From positions 1-31,560 of the IMG/VR virus record IMGVR_UViG_3300017747_002236: a stretch of 31,560 bases of DNA, one strand, 5' to 3'. Of this stretch, positions 1-9,709 are shown in pieces. The notes under the pieces are model-generated. The model was not told the DNA's origin. It was given only the letters and a program-made list of their open reading frames with translations, and ran no database searches. The DNA is from a virus. Taxonomy: Duplodnaviria; Caudoviricetes. Every line of letters begins with the position of its first letter. Positions within the stretch are counted from its first letter, which is position 1. The translations under genes were made by a program, and so were the position numbers.

Positions 1-2
1 GG

Positions 3-815
3 TATTCCGGTTACGAAGTGTTGAACATTCAGCCGTCCGACGTGATGACGGCGGCTGAATTTCCGATCCGCCAGGCGGCGGTGGCGGTTTCGATTTCTGG
101 CCTTGAAATGCTGCAAAACAGCGGCAAGTCTCAGGTGATTGACCTGCTCGAAAGCCGCATCGGCAATGCCGAGCGCACTTTCATGAACAGCATTTCCGCC
201 GATATTTACTCGGACGGGACCGCTTCCGGTCAGATTACCGGCCTGCAAGCGCTTATTGCCAACTCGCCGGGTTCCGGCACCATTGGCGGTATTGATCGCG
301 GCACCTGGCAGTTCTGGCGCAATATCAGCTTTTCTTCCGTTTCTGACGGCGGCGCGGCTGCGACCAGCGCGAATATCCAAAGCTACATGAACCGCGTGGC
401 GCTGCAACTCGTGCGCGGCAATGACGGGCCTGACCTGATCGTGGCGGACAATAACTACTTCCGCCTGTATCTGGAAAGCCTGCAGGCCATCCAGCGCGTG
501 ACGGATGACCAGCAAGCCGGTGCCGGTTTCACTGGCTTAAAATATTACGGCGCGGGCCGTAGCATCGACGTGGTTCTGGACGGTGGTTTCCAGGGCTTCA
601 GCACTGATCCCGGCGGGGTTGGTGGTGCGCCTGTTGATCGGATGTATTTCCTCAATACGAATTACGTCCATTACCGCCCGCACAGCGACCGCAACATGGT
701 CCCGCTTGATCCTGACCGTTTCAGCGTCAATCAGGATGCCATGGTGAAGCTGATCGGCTGGGCCGGCAACATGACCCTTAGCAACGCGCGCCTTCAGGGC
801 GTGTTGCGCGCTTAA
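3..815 (+). CDS. Major capsid protein, 5'-truncated by window edge
   Basis: Frame is open from base 3 (YSGYEVLNIQPSDV...). Motifs ISGLEMLQNSG, IYSDGT, GGIDR..W.FW.N, YFLNT.Y and W.GNMT.SN..LQG are typical of this phage capsid family. Confidence 0.88.
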   Translation, partial: YSGYEVLNIQPSDVMTAAEFPIRQAAVAVSISGLEMLQNSGKSQVIDLLESRIGNAERTFMNSISADIYSDGTASGQITGLQALIANSPGSGTIGGIDRGTWQFWRNISFSSVSDGGAAATSANIQSYMNRVALQLVRGNDGPDLIVADNNYFRLYLESLQAIQRVTDDQQAGAGFTGLKYYGAGRSIDVVLDGGFQGFSTDPGGVGGAPVDRMYFLNTNYVHYRPHSDRNMVPLDPDRFSVNQDAMVKLIGWAGNMTLSNARLQGVLRA

Positions 816-830
816 TCGGAGGACAACAGA

Positions 831-1352
831 ATGTCTTTTTCCATCAGCTCTATCGAAGGCGTCAACCCGCTCGACGTGTGGACGGTTGACACCACGAAGC
901 CTGAAGTTCCGGCTTCCCCGATTGCGGTTGGCACTCGTAGCCATTCCGCACTGAACGGCGAGTTCGTTTGCGTTTCCAATTCGGCTTCTACCGCCTTGGA
1001 CGTGGGCGATGTCGTTTTCATGACCGCTGCCTTTGCGGCAACTGAACTCAGCACGTCGAATGACGCGCGTGGTCAGATTGTCGGGGTGACGGTTTCGGCC
1101 ATCCCTGGCACGTCTGGCACGGTTGTCGGTTACGGCTGGGTTCAAGTGAAAGGCACCGCAACCGCCCGCGTTCTGGCGAGTGCGGCGGCCAACGTGCGCT
1201 TGAATACCACGGCGACCGCTGGCGTTCTGGACGATGACGGCACTGCCGGCTCGTTCCAAGTGCAGGGCCTTTACCTGACCACGGCGAACGGCGCCTCAAC
1301 CGCCGCCACCGCTTGCGTCCTGAATTATCCTTTCGTGGACGTGACGCTCTAA
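831..1352 (+). CDS. Putative capsid decoration/cement protein
   Basis: GGAGGA RBS at 818-823. Directly follows the capsid gene; Ala/Thr/Gly/Val-rich with a YGWVQVKG motif. Confidence 0.65.
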   Translation: MSFSISSIEGVNPLDVWTVDTTKPEVPASPIAVGTRSHSALNGEFVCVSNSASTALDVGDVVFMTAAFAATELSTSNDARGQIVGVTVSAIPGTSGTVVGYGWVQVKGTATARVLASAAANVRLNTTATAGVLDDDGTAGSFQVQGLYLTTANGASTAATACVLNYPFVDVTL

Positions 1353-1358
1353 CGGGAC

Positions 1359-1390
1359 GGGCCGGGCATATCGCCCGGCCCCTTCCACTT
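1359..1390 (+). terminator. GC-rich hairpin, possible weak terminator or mRNA stabiliser
   Basis: GGGCCGGGC(1359-1367)-ATATC-GCCCGGCCC(1373-1381) is a perfect 9-bp stem, followed by a pyrimidine-rich but not poly-T tail. Confidence 0.5.
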
Positions 1391-1405
1391 TCGAGAGGTT
1401 TGCAG

Positions 1406-2008
1406 ATGTCTGAAAATTTCGCGTTTATGGGTGGAACGGTCCACTCTGACGGCGCGGTTTCAATGGGCAGCGATGCCCGCCTTTACGTTGAGTTTTACGC
1501 CCATTCTGAACATCAGCCGTGGAAATCGGCAGAGCAAGGGCGTCCGATTTACGAAAAGAAAGACTACATCAAGATCATTCAGCCGGGCGAGCGCGACCAG
1601 ATGGTTCGCGAAGTGACCGATCTGGACAAGATGCGCTTTCCGAAGCAATGGCAGGCGTATGAAAACCAGCAAGCGCAAATTCCTGATGGAACGCCGCTTG
1701 CGGTGATGTTTCCCCAAGACCCGCAGATTTGCGACCAGTTCCGCGCGCTGAAAATCCATGTTGTGGAACACCTGGCTGGGCTTGGCGAGGAAGGTATCAA
1801 GCGCCTTGGGATGGGCGGGCGTGATCATGTGGAACGCGCCAAGAATTTCCTTGCCGCCGCGTCCAACATGAAGGGCGCGCATGAAATGCAGCGTCAGATT
1901 GAAACGCAGAAAGACGAAATTGCCACGCTCAAGGCGGCCCTTGAGCAATTGAAGGCGGAATTGGCCGCTAACCCCAAGCGTCGCCGGGCGGCGCAGGAAG
2001 AGGATTGA
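1406..2008 (+). CDS. Phage hypothetical protein with C-terminal coiled coil
   Basis: GAGG RBS before ATG 1406. Motif GRPIY....YIKI..PG....V.R.....DK.RFP.QW..Y is familiar from phage head modules. Confidence 0.8.
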   Translation: MSENFAFMGGTVHSDGAVSMGSDARLYVEFYAHSEHQPWKSAEQGRPIYEKKDYIKIIQPGERDQMVREVTDLDKMRFPKQWQAYENQQAQIPDGTPLAVMFPQDPQICDQFRALKIHVVEHLAGLGEEGIKRLGMGGRDHVERAKNFLAAASNMKGAHEMQRQIETQKDEIATLKAALEQLKAELAANPKRRRAAQEED

Positions 2009-2012
2009 TACA

Positions 2013-2384
2013 ATGATTGGTCTGAGTTCTGACATGATGGGCCTTGGGATGCCTTCCGCGCTTGCCAATTTGGTAGGCGAAAGCATCCCGGCAGCCGTTG
2101 CCGGTGTTGGCACAACGCAGAGTGGCGCTGCGCCGCTTACTGGCACCATTAACCAAGTGACGACCGCTGCCGGCCAGACAGCGGTGGTGCTGCCTTCGAC
2201 GCAACCGCTTGGCACTTCAATCAATGTCTATGTCAGCACCGCGACTGCGGCGCTGGTGTTTCCGCCTTCTGGTGGCGGCATCAATGAAGGCGCGGCGAAT
2301 GCTTCCTTCAGCGTGGCGCAATCCCGCGTGGCGTCCTTTGTTCGCGTGAGCGCGACAAAGTGGCTGGTGCAGTACGGCGCCTAA
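2013..2384 (+). CDS. Putative small virion structural protein
   Basis: In-operon with GAGGA RBS; small-residue beta-rich composition. Confidence 0.7.
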   Translation: MIGLSSDMMGLGMPSALANLVGESIPAAVAGVGTTQSGAAPLTGTINQVTTAAGQTAVVLPSTQPLGTSINVYVSTATAALVFPPSGGGINEGAANASFSVAQSRVASFVRVSATKWLVQYGA

Positions 2385-2387
2385 GCG

Positions 2388-3320
2388 ATGTCTTACACTT
2401 GGCTTCAGCTTGGCCAGGCCGTGGCGGCGGAAATGGGGCTTGGCTCCATTCCCGCCACGGTGGCCGGCGCAAACGATGACCAGACGCGGCAGATTGGCGC
2501 GCTTGCCAATCGGTGCGGCGAGATGTTGCTGCGAATGCGCGAATGGATTGCGCTGCAAGCCGAGTGGGAAATTTCTGTCACTACGCCGATCACGCTGACG
2601 GGCGACATGACGCTAGGATCGGCTACGGTGACAAGCCTTGCCAGCACGGCGGGACTATTGGCCGGGCAGATGGCCGTCACGGGCGATTATCTGGTCCAGG
2701 CAACACGTCTTGCGGCGGTGGTGGACGCGAATACCGTCACGCTCACGCAGCCCGCCACGGCCACGCTTGCGGGCGCCACGCTGGCTTTTGGGCAGGATAC
2801 CTATGCGACGCCAACCGACTTGCTGGCGCCGATAAATCGCACGATGTGGGATCGCTCGCGGCGATGGGAATTGATTGGCCCGATGTCGCCGCAGGAAGAT
2901 CAATGGATGCGTTCGGGCATTGTGGCGACCGGCCCGCGTAGGCGGTTTCGGTTTGTCGGGCGCGGCGTCAACACGTTCCGCATCTGGCCCCCGCCGACTT
3001 CGCTTGATAGTCCATCGGTTTTGTCTTTTGAATACACGTCCGCCCATTGGGCTACCGCGGCGGATGGCACCCCAAAGGACCGCTTCACGGCTGATGCTGA
3101 CACTTGCGTTTTTGCCGATGACCTGATGCTGATGGGCGTGAAATGGCTTTGGCTGCAAAGCAAGGGCATGGAATATGCCGCCTTTCGTGACGATTGGCTG
3201 CGGCAGGTGGAACAGGCCGAGGCGACCGATGGCGCCAGCCCGACGCTGAACATGGCGGGCGGAAATTGGCCACTGCTGATCGGGCCTGGTAATGTGCCTG
3301 ATACTGGGTTTGGTTCATGA
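2388..3320 (+). CDS. Putative head-tail adaptor / tail tubular protein A-like
   Basis: Position before the tail stabilisation gene, with ATGA coupling to it. Motifs WDRS.RW.L.GP.SPQE.QW, IWPPP and FEY.S..W. Confidence 0.7.
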   Translation: MSYTWLQLGQAVAAEMGLGSIPATVAGANDDQTRQIGALANRCGEMLLRMREWIALQAEWEISVTTPITLTGDMTLGSATVTSLASTAGLLAGQMAVTGDYLVQATRLAAVVDANTVTLTQPATATLAGATLAFGQDTYATPTDLLAPINRTMWDRSRRWELIGPMSPQEDQWMRSGIVATGPRRRFRFVGRGVNTFRIWPPPTSLDSPSVLSFEYTSAHWATAADGTPKDRFTADADTCVFADDLMLMGVKWLWLQSKGMEYAAFRDDWLRQVEQAEATDGASPTLNMAGGNWPLLIGPGNVPDTGFGS

Positions 3321-4855
3321 GGCAGCGCCGGCAAGTGCCCCGCGTGTCGCGCGGTGTGGCGCGGCAATTCCCGGCGCCTGTTGGCGGGCTCAATGCGCGC
3401 GATAGCGTGGCGAACATGCCGGTAAGTGATGCGCTGATCTTAGACAATATCTTCCCTGAGCGGTCTTGGGTGGAAGTGCGGCGCGGCTACGCATCGCACG
3501 CGACCGGCATGACCGGCGCCGTTGAGACCCTGATGGATTACAACGGCCCGACGCCAAAGCTGTTCGCGGTGGCGAATAACAGCATCTTTGACGCATCCAG
3601 CGCGGGTGCGGTTGGCGCGGCGGCAGTTACCGGCTTGACCAATAACCGTTTTCAATTTGTCAATTTCACCAATGCCGCGAATACTTGGTTGATTGCGGTG
3701 AACGGCGCCGATGGAGTTCGCACTTGGAACGGCACCGCATGGGCTACGCAAACGCTCACGGGCGTCACCGCTGCCAATCTGTTTTGCGTCACCACATGGA
3801 AACGCCGGGTTTGGTTTGGCGAGCAAGGCACAACGAAGGCTTGGTATCTGGCGACTGACGCCGTTTCGGGTGCGGCCAATGCGATTGACCTGGGCGGCGT
3901 ATGGCGCCACGGCGGCGCTATCGCAGGCATCATTGCGCCGACCTTTGACAGTTCCGCCGTAGGCCTTGAGGATTACATAGGCTTCATTTCCACGCGCGGC
4001 GAATTGGCCTTGTATCGCGGCACTGATCCGGCAAGCGCCACCACGTTCCAATTGCAGGGTGTGTTTTTGCTTGGTGCGCCAATTGGGCGGCGGTTCTTCA
4101 TTCAGACCGGCGGCGATTTCGCGCTGATGAATGTGGACGGCGTTGTGAGCCTGACGCAAGCGCTTGGCCTTGATCGCAGCGTGGTGGCGCGCACGTCTGT
4201 CACTGACAAGATCACGCGCCTATTTACGGAAGCCGTGCAGCAATACGGCAGCAACTTTGGCTGGTCCCTGACGGTGTTTCCCGAGGGTCATCGGGTGATT
4301 GTGAACGTGCCGATCAGCACAACCGTAGCCATTCAATACGTGATGAACACGCTTTCCGGCGCTTGGTGCCGCTATACCAATCACAACGCGGCGTGCTGGG
4401 CGACGTGGCAAGGCAATCTGTATTTCGGCGGGCAAGCCGGGGGCATCGTGTATCGCGCCGATTTTGGCACAAGTGACAATGGCAACGACATTGCCTGGGG
4501 GCTGAAAACTGCCTTTTCTGATTTCAAGGTGCCAAGCCGGTTGAAGCGCTTCACGTTGCTGCGCCCGCTGATCCAGGCGACCGATAACCCTAACGCCAGC
4601 ATCGCGCTTGATGTGGATTATGGCGACCAGCCGGCGCAAAATGTTCCGTCCTTTACCAACACTTCCGCGCTTTGGGATAATGCGCTTTGGGATGTTTCGT
4701 CATGGGGCGGCACGCAAACGCTGCGACCATGGGTTTCGCTTGGCAAGATCGGCTATGTGGGCGCGGTGCGGATGGCCGGACAGACGCGCGGCTTTACCAT
4801 GCAGCTTTCCGCCTTCGATATCGTGTTTGAGCCGGCGCAAGCCCTGGGGCTATGA
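3317..4855 (+). CDS. Tail stabilisation / nozzle protein (P22 gp10 / T7 tubular B-like)
   Basis: 512 aa, beta-propeller-like W/G-rich. N-terminal PAPVGGLNARD, C-terminal LKRF.LLRP and WD.A.WD...W; canonical position. Confidence 0.75.
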   Translation: MRQRRQVPRVSRGVARQFPAPVGGLNARDSVANMPVSDALILDNIFPERSWVEVRRGYASHATGMTGAVETLMDYNGPTPKLFAVANNSIFDASSAGAVGAAAVTGLTNNRFQFVNFTNAANTWLIAVNGADGVRTWNGTAWATQTLTGVTAANLFCVTTWKRRVWFGEQGTTKAWYLATDAVSGAANAIDLGGVWRHGGAIAGIIAPTFDSSAVGLEDYIGFISTRGELALYRGTDPASATTFQLQGVFLLGAPIGRRFFIQTGGDFALMNVDGVVSLTQALGLDRSVVARTSVTDKITRLFTEAVQQYGSNFGWSLTVFPEGHRVIVNVPISTTVAIQYVMNTLSGAWCRYTNHNAACWATWQGNLYFGGQAGGIVYRADFGTSDNGNDIAWGLKTAFSDFKVPSRLKRFTLLRPLIQATDNPNASIALDVDYGDQPAQNVPSFTNTSALWDNALWDVSSWGGTQTLRPWVSLGKIGYVGAVRMAGQTRGFTMQLSAFDIVFEPAQALGL

Positions 4856-5280
4856 TGCAGCTTGTGTTTGGTGAGGATCGCGTTATTGCTGAATGGGTAT
4901 TTGCGCGCATTCCGCACGCATCAGGCGTTGCCGGGGACGGTTACGCCATTGGCGTACATGACGGCGCGGCTTTGGTGGCGGGCGCGGTGTATTCCGGCTT
5001 TACCGAGGGCAATTGCGAAATGAGCATTGCCGCTGAAACACCAAGATGGGCGCAGCGCGGGGTGATCCGGGCCTTGTTGCATTACCCTTTGGTGCAATGC
5101 GACTTGCGCCGGGTGACGGCCATGGTGCCGCATGACGCGACCCGCACGCTGCGCTTTTTGCGTGGTGTTGGGTTCAAGCAGGAAGGCACCTTGCGCGATT
5201 GGTTTTCGCCGCGCGTGCATGGCGCGGTGATGGGTTTCATGCGCCGCGATTTTGAACGGCTATTTGCCAAAAGGAATTGA
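4852..5280 (+). CDS. GNAT-fold acetyltransferase-like virion assembly protein
   Basis: YPL.QC.LRRVTA.V......LRFL..VGFKQEG.LR is a RimJ/RimL-type GNAT motif. Lies between the tail and ejection genes. Confidence 0.75.
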   Translation: MMQLVFGEDRVIAEWVFARIPHASGVAGDGYAIGVHDGAALVAGAVYSGFTEGNCEMSIAAETPRWAQRGVIRALLHYPLVQCDLRRVTAMVPHDATRTLRFLRGVGFKQEGTLRDWFSPRVHGAVMGFMRRDFERLFAKRN

Positions 5281-5282
5281 GA

Positions 5283-6128
5283 ATGGGCAAGAAAGCACCT
5301 AGCGCGCCTGCCGCGCCTGATCCGGCTGCGACAACGGCGGCGGCTGCAAAGGCAAACCGCGAAACGGCCATCACGCAATTTGGCTTGAACGCAATCAACC
5401 AGCGCGACCCTTACGGCAGTTTGCAATTCAACCAGATCGGCACATGGGCGGACGGCACGCCGCGCTTTGAAGCGGTGCAATCTTTGGCGCCGGAAGAACA
5501 GCGCGCCTTGGACCTGTCGCGCCAAGCGCAAGACATTTACGGGCAAGCTGGGGTGCAACAGCTTCAATCCGTGCGGGAAAGGCTGGCAACGCCCCTGAAC
5601 CTTAACAACGAAGCCGTCGAGGGCCGGTTGATGGAATTGGGCAGCCGGCGCCTTAACCCGGTCTTGGCGGAACGGCGCAACGCTATGGACACGCGCCTGC
5701 GCCAGCAAGGCTTGATGCCTGGCACGCAAGCCTATGACGTTGCCATGCGCGGGATTGGCGAAGCCGAAAATGACGCCTTCAACCAATTGTTGCTGCAAGG
5801 GCGCGGGCAAGCCATCAACGAAATCCTGACCGAGCGCGCCAGCCCCTTGAACGAGGCGGCGGCGCTGCTGACTGGCCAGCAAGTGCAAGCGCCTAGCTTT
5901 GTGAACACGCCGCAGACCAGCGTGGCGCCGACCGATTACATGCAGGCCGAGGCAATGCGGCAGGCGGCAGCAAATAACGCCTTTAATGCGCGGAACCAAA
6001 ACTACAACACGCAGCTTTCCGGCATGTATAGCTTGGGGTCGGCGGCGCTTGGCGGTGGGGCGCAATACGCAACCTATGGCGGTATGGGGCGCCAGCCAGC
6101 GCCTGGTCAGCCAGCGGCAAGGAATTAA
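5283..6128 (+). CDS. Putative DNA ejection (pilot) protein
   Basis: MGKKAPSAPAAPDP N-terminus, NQ.DPYGS motif, Gln/Ala/Asn-rich helical body; first of three ejection-position genes. Confidence 0.65.
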   Translation: MGKKAPSAPAAPDPAATTAAAAKANRETAITQFGLNAINQRDPYGSLQFNQIGTWADGTPRFEAVQSLAPEEQRALDLSRQAQDIYGQAGVQQLQSVRERLATPLNLNNEAVEGRLMELGSRRLNPVLAERRNAMDTRLRQQGLMPGTQAYDVAMRGIGEAENDAFNQLLLQGRGQAINEILTERASPLNEAAALLTGQQVQAPSFVNTPQTSVAPTDYMQAEAMRQAAANNAFNARNQNYNTQLSGMYSLGSAALGGGAQYATYGGMGRQPAPGQPAARN

Positions 6129-6131
6129 TCC

Positions 6132-7937
6132 ATGTCTGAATCCTACGCATCCAATCCCGCGCTTGCCATGGCGCTGCGCCGTGGGCGGCTGTCCGATCAA
6201 TTGCTTGCCGATAGCATAAAGCCCCGCAACGTGGGCGGCCATGCGGGGGGCCTAGCGCAGATGGGCACGGCGCTGATCGGCGGGGTTATGGCTGGCCTTG
6301 AAAACCGGCGGATTGACCGCTTGATGCGCGAAGATAAAGAAACGGCGGACGCGCAGATTGCGGCGTTGTATGGGCGAGGCCCTGCGCCTGCCGCGCCGGG
6401 TGGCGCTGAACCTCCGGTCACGCCTGGCAGCCTGCCGCCGCCTATCCCTAACCCTGAAATGACCGGGCAGCCCGCGTCTGCCGGCGCCACGGCCATGTCG
6501 GTGGCAGCGCCCGCGCAACCGCTCGCGCAAATGCCGGAACCGCCCGCGCCGCGCATGGTGCGGCTTGCCAATGGGCAGGAAATCAACCTTGACGTGTTGC
6601 AGAATGCCGAGGTATCGCCAAACCAGCGCGTGAGGCTTGCGGCGGCTAGCGTGCGGCGGTCCATTGACGATGACCGCGCCGAGCGTCGGTTTCAGCAGCA
6701 GATCACCATGCAAGACGCAGCGTTGCGCCGGCAGGAAGCGGCGGCAGCGCGGGCGGCCAATGCGGCGGGGCGTGAAACTTTTGGCCAGCCGATTGAAATG
6801 ACGGATGCAAACGGCCAGCGCGTGATGGTGCAAGTCGGCAATCGCAACACCATCCGTCCGGTGCAAGGCTATAGCGCGCCTCCGGCTGCGCGTAGCAACA
6901 ACGAGGGGCCTTTCGCTGGCACTAGCATGGACGCGCAATATAACAACACAGTCTTGAGGTTGGCGCCGCGCATTCGGTCAGGTGAAGCATCGCCCGAAGA
7001 ACAGGCAGTGTATCAGCGCGCGTTCCAAGCGCTTTCAGAGGGTCAAATCCAATTTGTGAATGATCCGGCTGACCCCACAGGCAATCGTCAAGTTGCGGTG
7101 CGGGTGCCGCGCAACATGGGCGACCTACCGCAACCGGGCGGCGGGCAAACGCCTTCTGCCCCGCAAGGCATGACTGCGCCGATATCGCAGCCAGGCGGGC
7201 CATCGGGAGCCGTAGCCCCGCAAAGTGGCGCGGCGGTCCCTGCCATGGGGCAAGACGCTATGCCTACCGCCCCTGCTGCCGTTCCGGGCTTTGAACGGAT
7301 GCGCGCGGCGCCAGCGGGCTACCAGTGGCGCGCCGATGGCTTGATTGAACCGATGCCAGGCGGCCCCGCTGATCCACGGACGCAAGGGTTAACCGAAGCG
7401 CAATCCCGAAGCAATTTCTTCGGCGCGCAAATGAAAATGGGCGATGAAGTATTGCGCGGGGTAAGTGTGCCGAGTAACGCCATGATGCTGGCCTATCGCA
7501 ATTTGCCATCCGTTCCGGTGAATTACGGCGCCAGCGCGAATGACCAGATGTATTTCAATGCCGCGCGCTTGTTTGCGGCTGGCGTGCTTCGCAAGGAAAC
7601 CGGCGCAGCAATGACGCCGGGCGAAGTCTTAGATGTTGCAGAAAGGTTCTTCCCGACGCCGTTTGATAGGCCGCAGGTTATTGAGCAAAAAGCCCGCGCC
7701 CGTCAGCAGATCATATCTTCACTTGCGGCGGAATTGCCGGGCGGTCAGCTTCGCGGGGAATTGCAAAGCACAACAGGGCCGGGTGGTAGGGGTGAAGCCT
7801 CGCCGCCGCCGAGGCAAACGCCGCGTGCAAGCGGCGATATGCCGGTAATCCAAAACCCCGCCGATGCACAACGCTTGCCGCCTGGCACGCGGTTCCGCAC
7901 GCCTGATGGGCGCGTTTTGGAGGTTCCCCGGCAATGA
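6132..7937 (+). CDS. Putative internal virion/ejection protein
   Basis: 601 aa, Pro/Ala/Gln-rich linkers, VLRKETGAA motif, C-terminal LPPGTRFRTPDGRV; position in the ejection module. Confidence 0.6.
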   Translation: MSESYASNPALAMALRRGRLSDQLLADSIKPRNVGGHAGGLAQMGTALIGGVMAGLENRRIDRLMREDKETADAQIAALYGRGPAPAAPGGAEPPVTPGSLPPPIPNPEMTGQPASAGATAMSVAAPAQPLAQMPEPPAPRMVRLANGQEINLDVLQNAEVSPNQRVRLAAASVRRSIDDDRAERRFQQQITMQDAALRRQEAAAARAANAAGRETFGQPIEMTDANGQRVMVQVGNRNTIRPVQGYSAPPAARSNNEGPFAGTSMDAQYNNTVLRLAPRIRSGEASPEEQAVYQRAFQALSEGQIQFVNDPADPTGNRQVAVRVPRNMGDLPQPGGGQTPSAPQGMTAPISQPGGPSGAVAPQSGAAVPAMGQDAMPTAPAAVPGFERMRAAPAGYQWRADGLIEPMPGGPADPRTQGLTEAQSRSNFFGAQMKMGDEVLRGVSVPSNAMMLAYRNLPSVPVNYGASANDQMYFNAARLFAAGVLRKETGAAMTPGEVLDVAERFFPTPFDRPQVIEQKARARQQIISSLAAELPGGQLRGELQSTTGPGGRGEASPPPRQTPRASGDMPVIQNPADAQRLPPGTRFRTPDGRVLEVPRQ

Positions 7938-9649
7938 GCGGCACGGTTGATCCATGGGCTAATTTTACGGTGGTTTCGCCCGCCCCGGCAACGGAAGAGA
8001 GCGCTGATCCTTGGGCGGGATTTATTCCGGTGCAAAACGCCCAACCGCAAGCGCCCGCCGCGCCGCGGGCATCCTTTGGTCAGCGTTTCGCCACGGGCCT
8101 AGGCGATATCTTCCGGGGCGCCGAACAGCTTACCGCCAATGTCAATGACGGCAGGCAAAACAGGGTTATGGATTTTCTGCGCCAAAATCCAAACATTGGC
8201 CCGATCATGGAACAAGCCGCCGCCACCGTCCCGATGGAAACAGCGGCAGAGGCTAACGCGCGCATTGCAGAACGTGAAAAGACCTATCAGGCGTCACGCG
8301 GCCCTGATCCTGGCATAGATTGGGCGCGTATCGGCGGGCAGGTGGTTTCTACCTTGCCTGTAGGTATGGCGGCTGCCCCGACGCGCCTTTTGCCGGCGGT
8401 TGCAAGCGGGTCTTTGCAAGGCGCCGCACTGGGCGGTTTGCAACCCGTGACGGAAGGCGATTACGGCGAAGGCGTCAAGGGAAACGTGCTTCTAGGCGCT
8501 GGCGCTGGTGTAGCCGGTGGCGCTGCCAGCTATGGCCTTGGACGGTTGTTGCAAGGCAGGCAAGCGCCTTCCGCGCGACCGGAAGCCGTTGCGCTTTCTG
8601 ACGCTGGCGTTTCCTTGACGCCTGGCCAAATAGCGGGCGGATACGGGCAACGCATTGAAGAGGGCTTTGGGTCTATCCCGATTGTCGGCGCACAAATTCG
8701 GGGGCAACAGGCGGAAGGCGTGGCGTCTTTCAATCGCGCGGTTGCCAATCGCGTTTTGGAACCGCTTGGGCAAAAGGTAGACGACGCCGCGCCGGTTGGG
8801 CGAGAATTGGTTGATGATGTCTATAAGCGGATTGGCGGGGCATATAACGCTGTCTTGCCGCGCATTCAGGCTTTTGGGCCGGATCAACAGCTTTACCAAG
8901 ATTTCGCACAAGCCTTTCAATCGGCGACCACAAAAGACGCGCAAGATAATTTTGTATCAATCATCAACAACAAGATTGCGCCGCGCATTAAAGGTGGCGT
9001 GATTGATGGCGATACTTGGAAATCTATTGATGAAGAGTTTGGCTTCCAAGTGCGCCGGTATTTGCGTTCATCTAATCCAAGCGATCAAAACCTTGGAGAA
9101 GCCTTAGCGGAAGCGCAAAGCGCCTTTCGGGGGCTGCTTTCCCGATCTAATCCACAAATTGCGCCAGAGGTTAGGGCGGCGGATCAGGCATACGCGCAGT
9201 ATATCCGCATGGAGCGCGCGGCAGGGGCAACCGGCGCGCGGGAAGGCGTTTTTACGCCCCTGCAATTCAATCAAGCGGTGGCCATGACCAGCGGCGGACC
9301 GCGCCGATCACAATATGCGCGCGGCGATGCGCTCATGCAGGACTTGAGCGACCCCGCATCGGCGGTTATGCCTCGGACGCTGCCCGATAGCGGAACGACT
9401 GAAAGGGCATTGATTGCAGCCGCCTTACTTGGCGGCCCGTCAGCTTTAGGCATGGGAGCGCCTGCCGTTGCGGCTGGCGCTGGCGCATCAGCGCTTTATT
9501 TCAATCCGGTTCAACGGCTTTTGCAGGCTGGATTGCTGGGCAATCGCCCCGCAATGGTGTCTGGCGCTGGGCGGCAATTGGCTCCCATCGGCGGCCCCAG
9601 TCTTGCGGCTGCGCTTCTCGCACCATCGACCAATCAGCAGCCGCAATAG
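7934..9649 (+). CDS. Putative internal virion/ejection protein
   Basis: ATGA-coupled to the upstream gene. N-terminal DPWA.F repeats, Gly/Ala hydrophobic stretches, LTPGQ and PDSGT.ER motifs. Confidence 0.65.
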   Translation: MSGTVDPWANFTVVSPAPATEESADPWAGFIPVQNAQPQAPAAPRASFGQRFATGLGDIFRGAEQLTANVNDGRQNRVMDFLRQNPNIGPIMEQAAATVPMETAAEANARIAEREKTYQASRGPDPGIDWARIGGQVVSTLPVGMAAAPTRLLPAVASGSLQGAALGGLQPVTEGDYGEGVKGNVLLGAGAGVAGGAASYGLGRLLQGRQAPSARPEAVALSDAGVSLTPGQIAGGYGQRIEEGFGSIPIVGAQIRGQQAEGVASFNRAVANRVLEPLGQKVDDAAPVGRELVDDVYKRIGGAYNAVLPRIQAFGPDQQLYQDFAQAFQSATTKDAQDNFVSIINNKIAPRIKGGVIDGDTWKSIDEEFGFQVRRYLRSSNPSDQNLGEALAEAQSAFRGLLSRSNPQIAPEVRAADQAYAQYIRMERAAGATGAREGVFTPLQFNQAVAMTSGGPRRSQYARGDALMQDLSDPASAVMPRTLPDSGTTERALIAAALLGGPSALGMGAPAVAAGAGASALYFNPVQRLLQAGLLGNRPAMVSGAGRQLAPIGGPSLAAALLAPSTNQQPQ

Positions 9650-9703
9650 GCCGCCCAAAAAAACAGCGCCAAAAACTGCAATCGCTTTTTCCAAATCCGC
9701 CAT
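9488..9703 (-). CDS. Small antisense membrane peptide (71 aa), probably leaderless
   Basis: MADLEKAIAVFGAVFLGGLLRLLIGRW hydrophobic N-terminus occupies the 9650-9703 intergenic gap. A promoter is positioned for transcription to start at the ATG. Confidence 0.45.
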   Translation of the reverse strand: MADLEKAIAVFGAVFLGGLLRLLIGRWCEKRSRKTGAADGSQLPPSARHHCGAIAQQSSLQKPLNRIEIKR

Positions 9704-9709
9704 CCCCGC

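Noticed and set aside
5082-6242. 386-aa minus-strand ORF, and similar long antisense ORFs at 537-1259, 1460-2224, 3440-4159, 6252-6938 and 26810-27421
   Set aside because: Shadows of well-supported plus-strand genes in GC-rich DNA; no RBS, promoter or recognisable motif.
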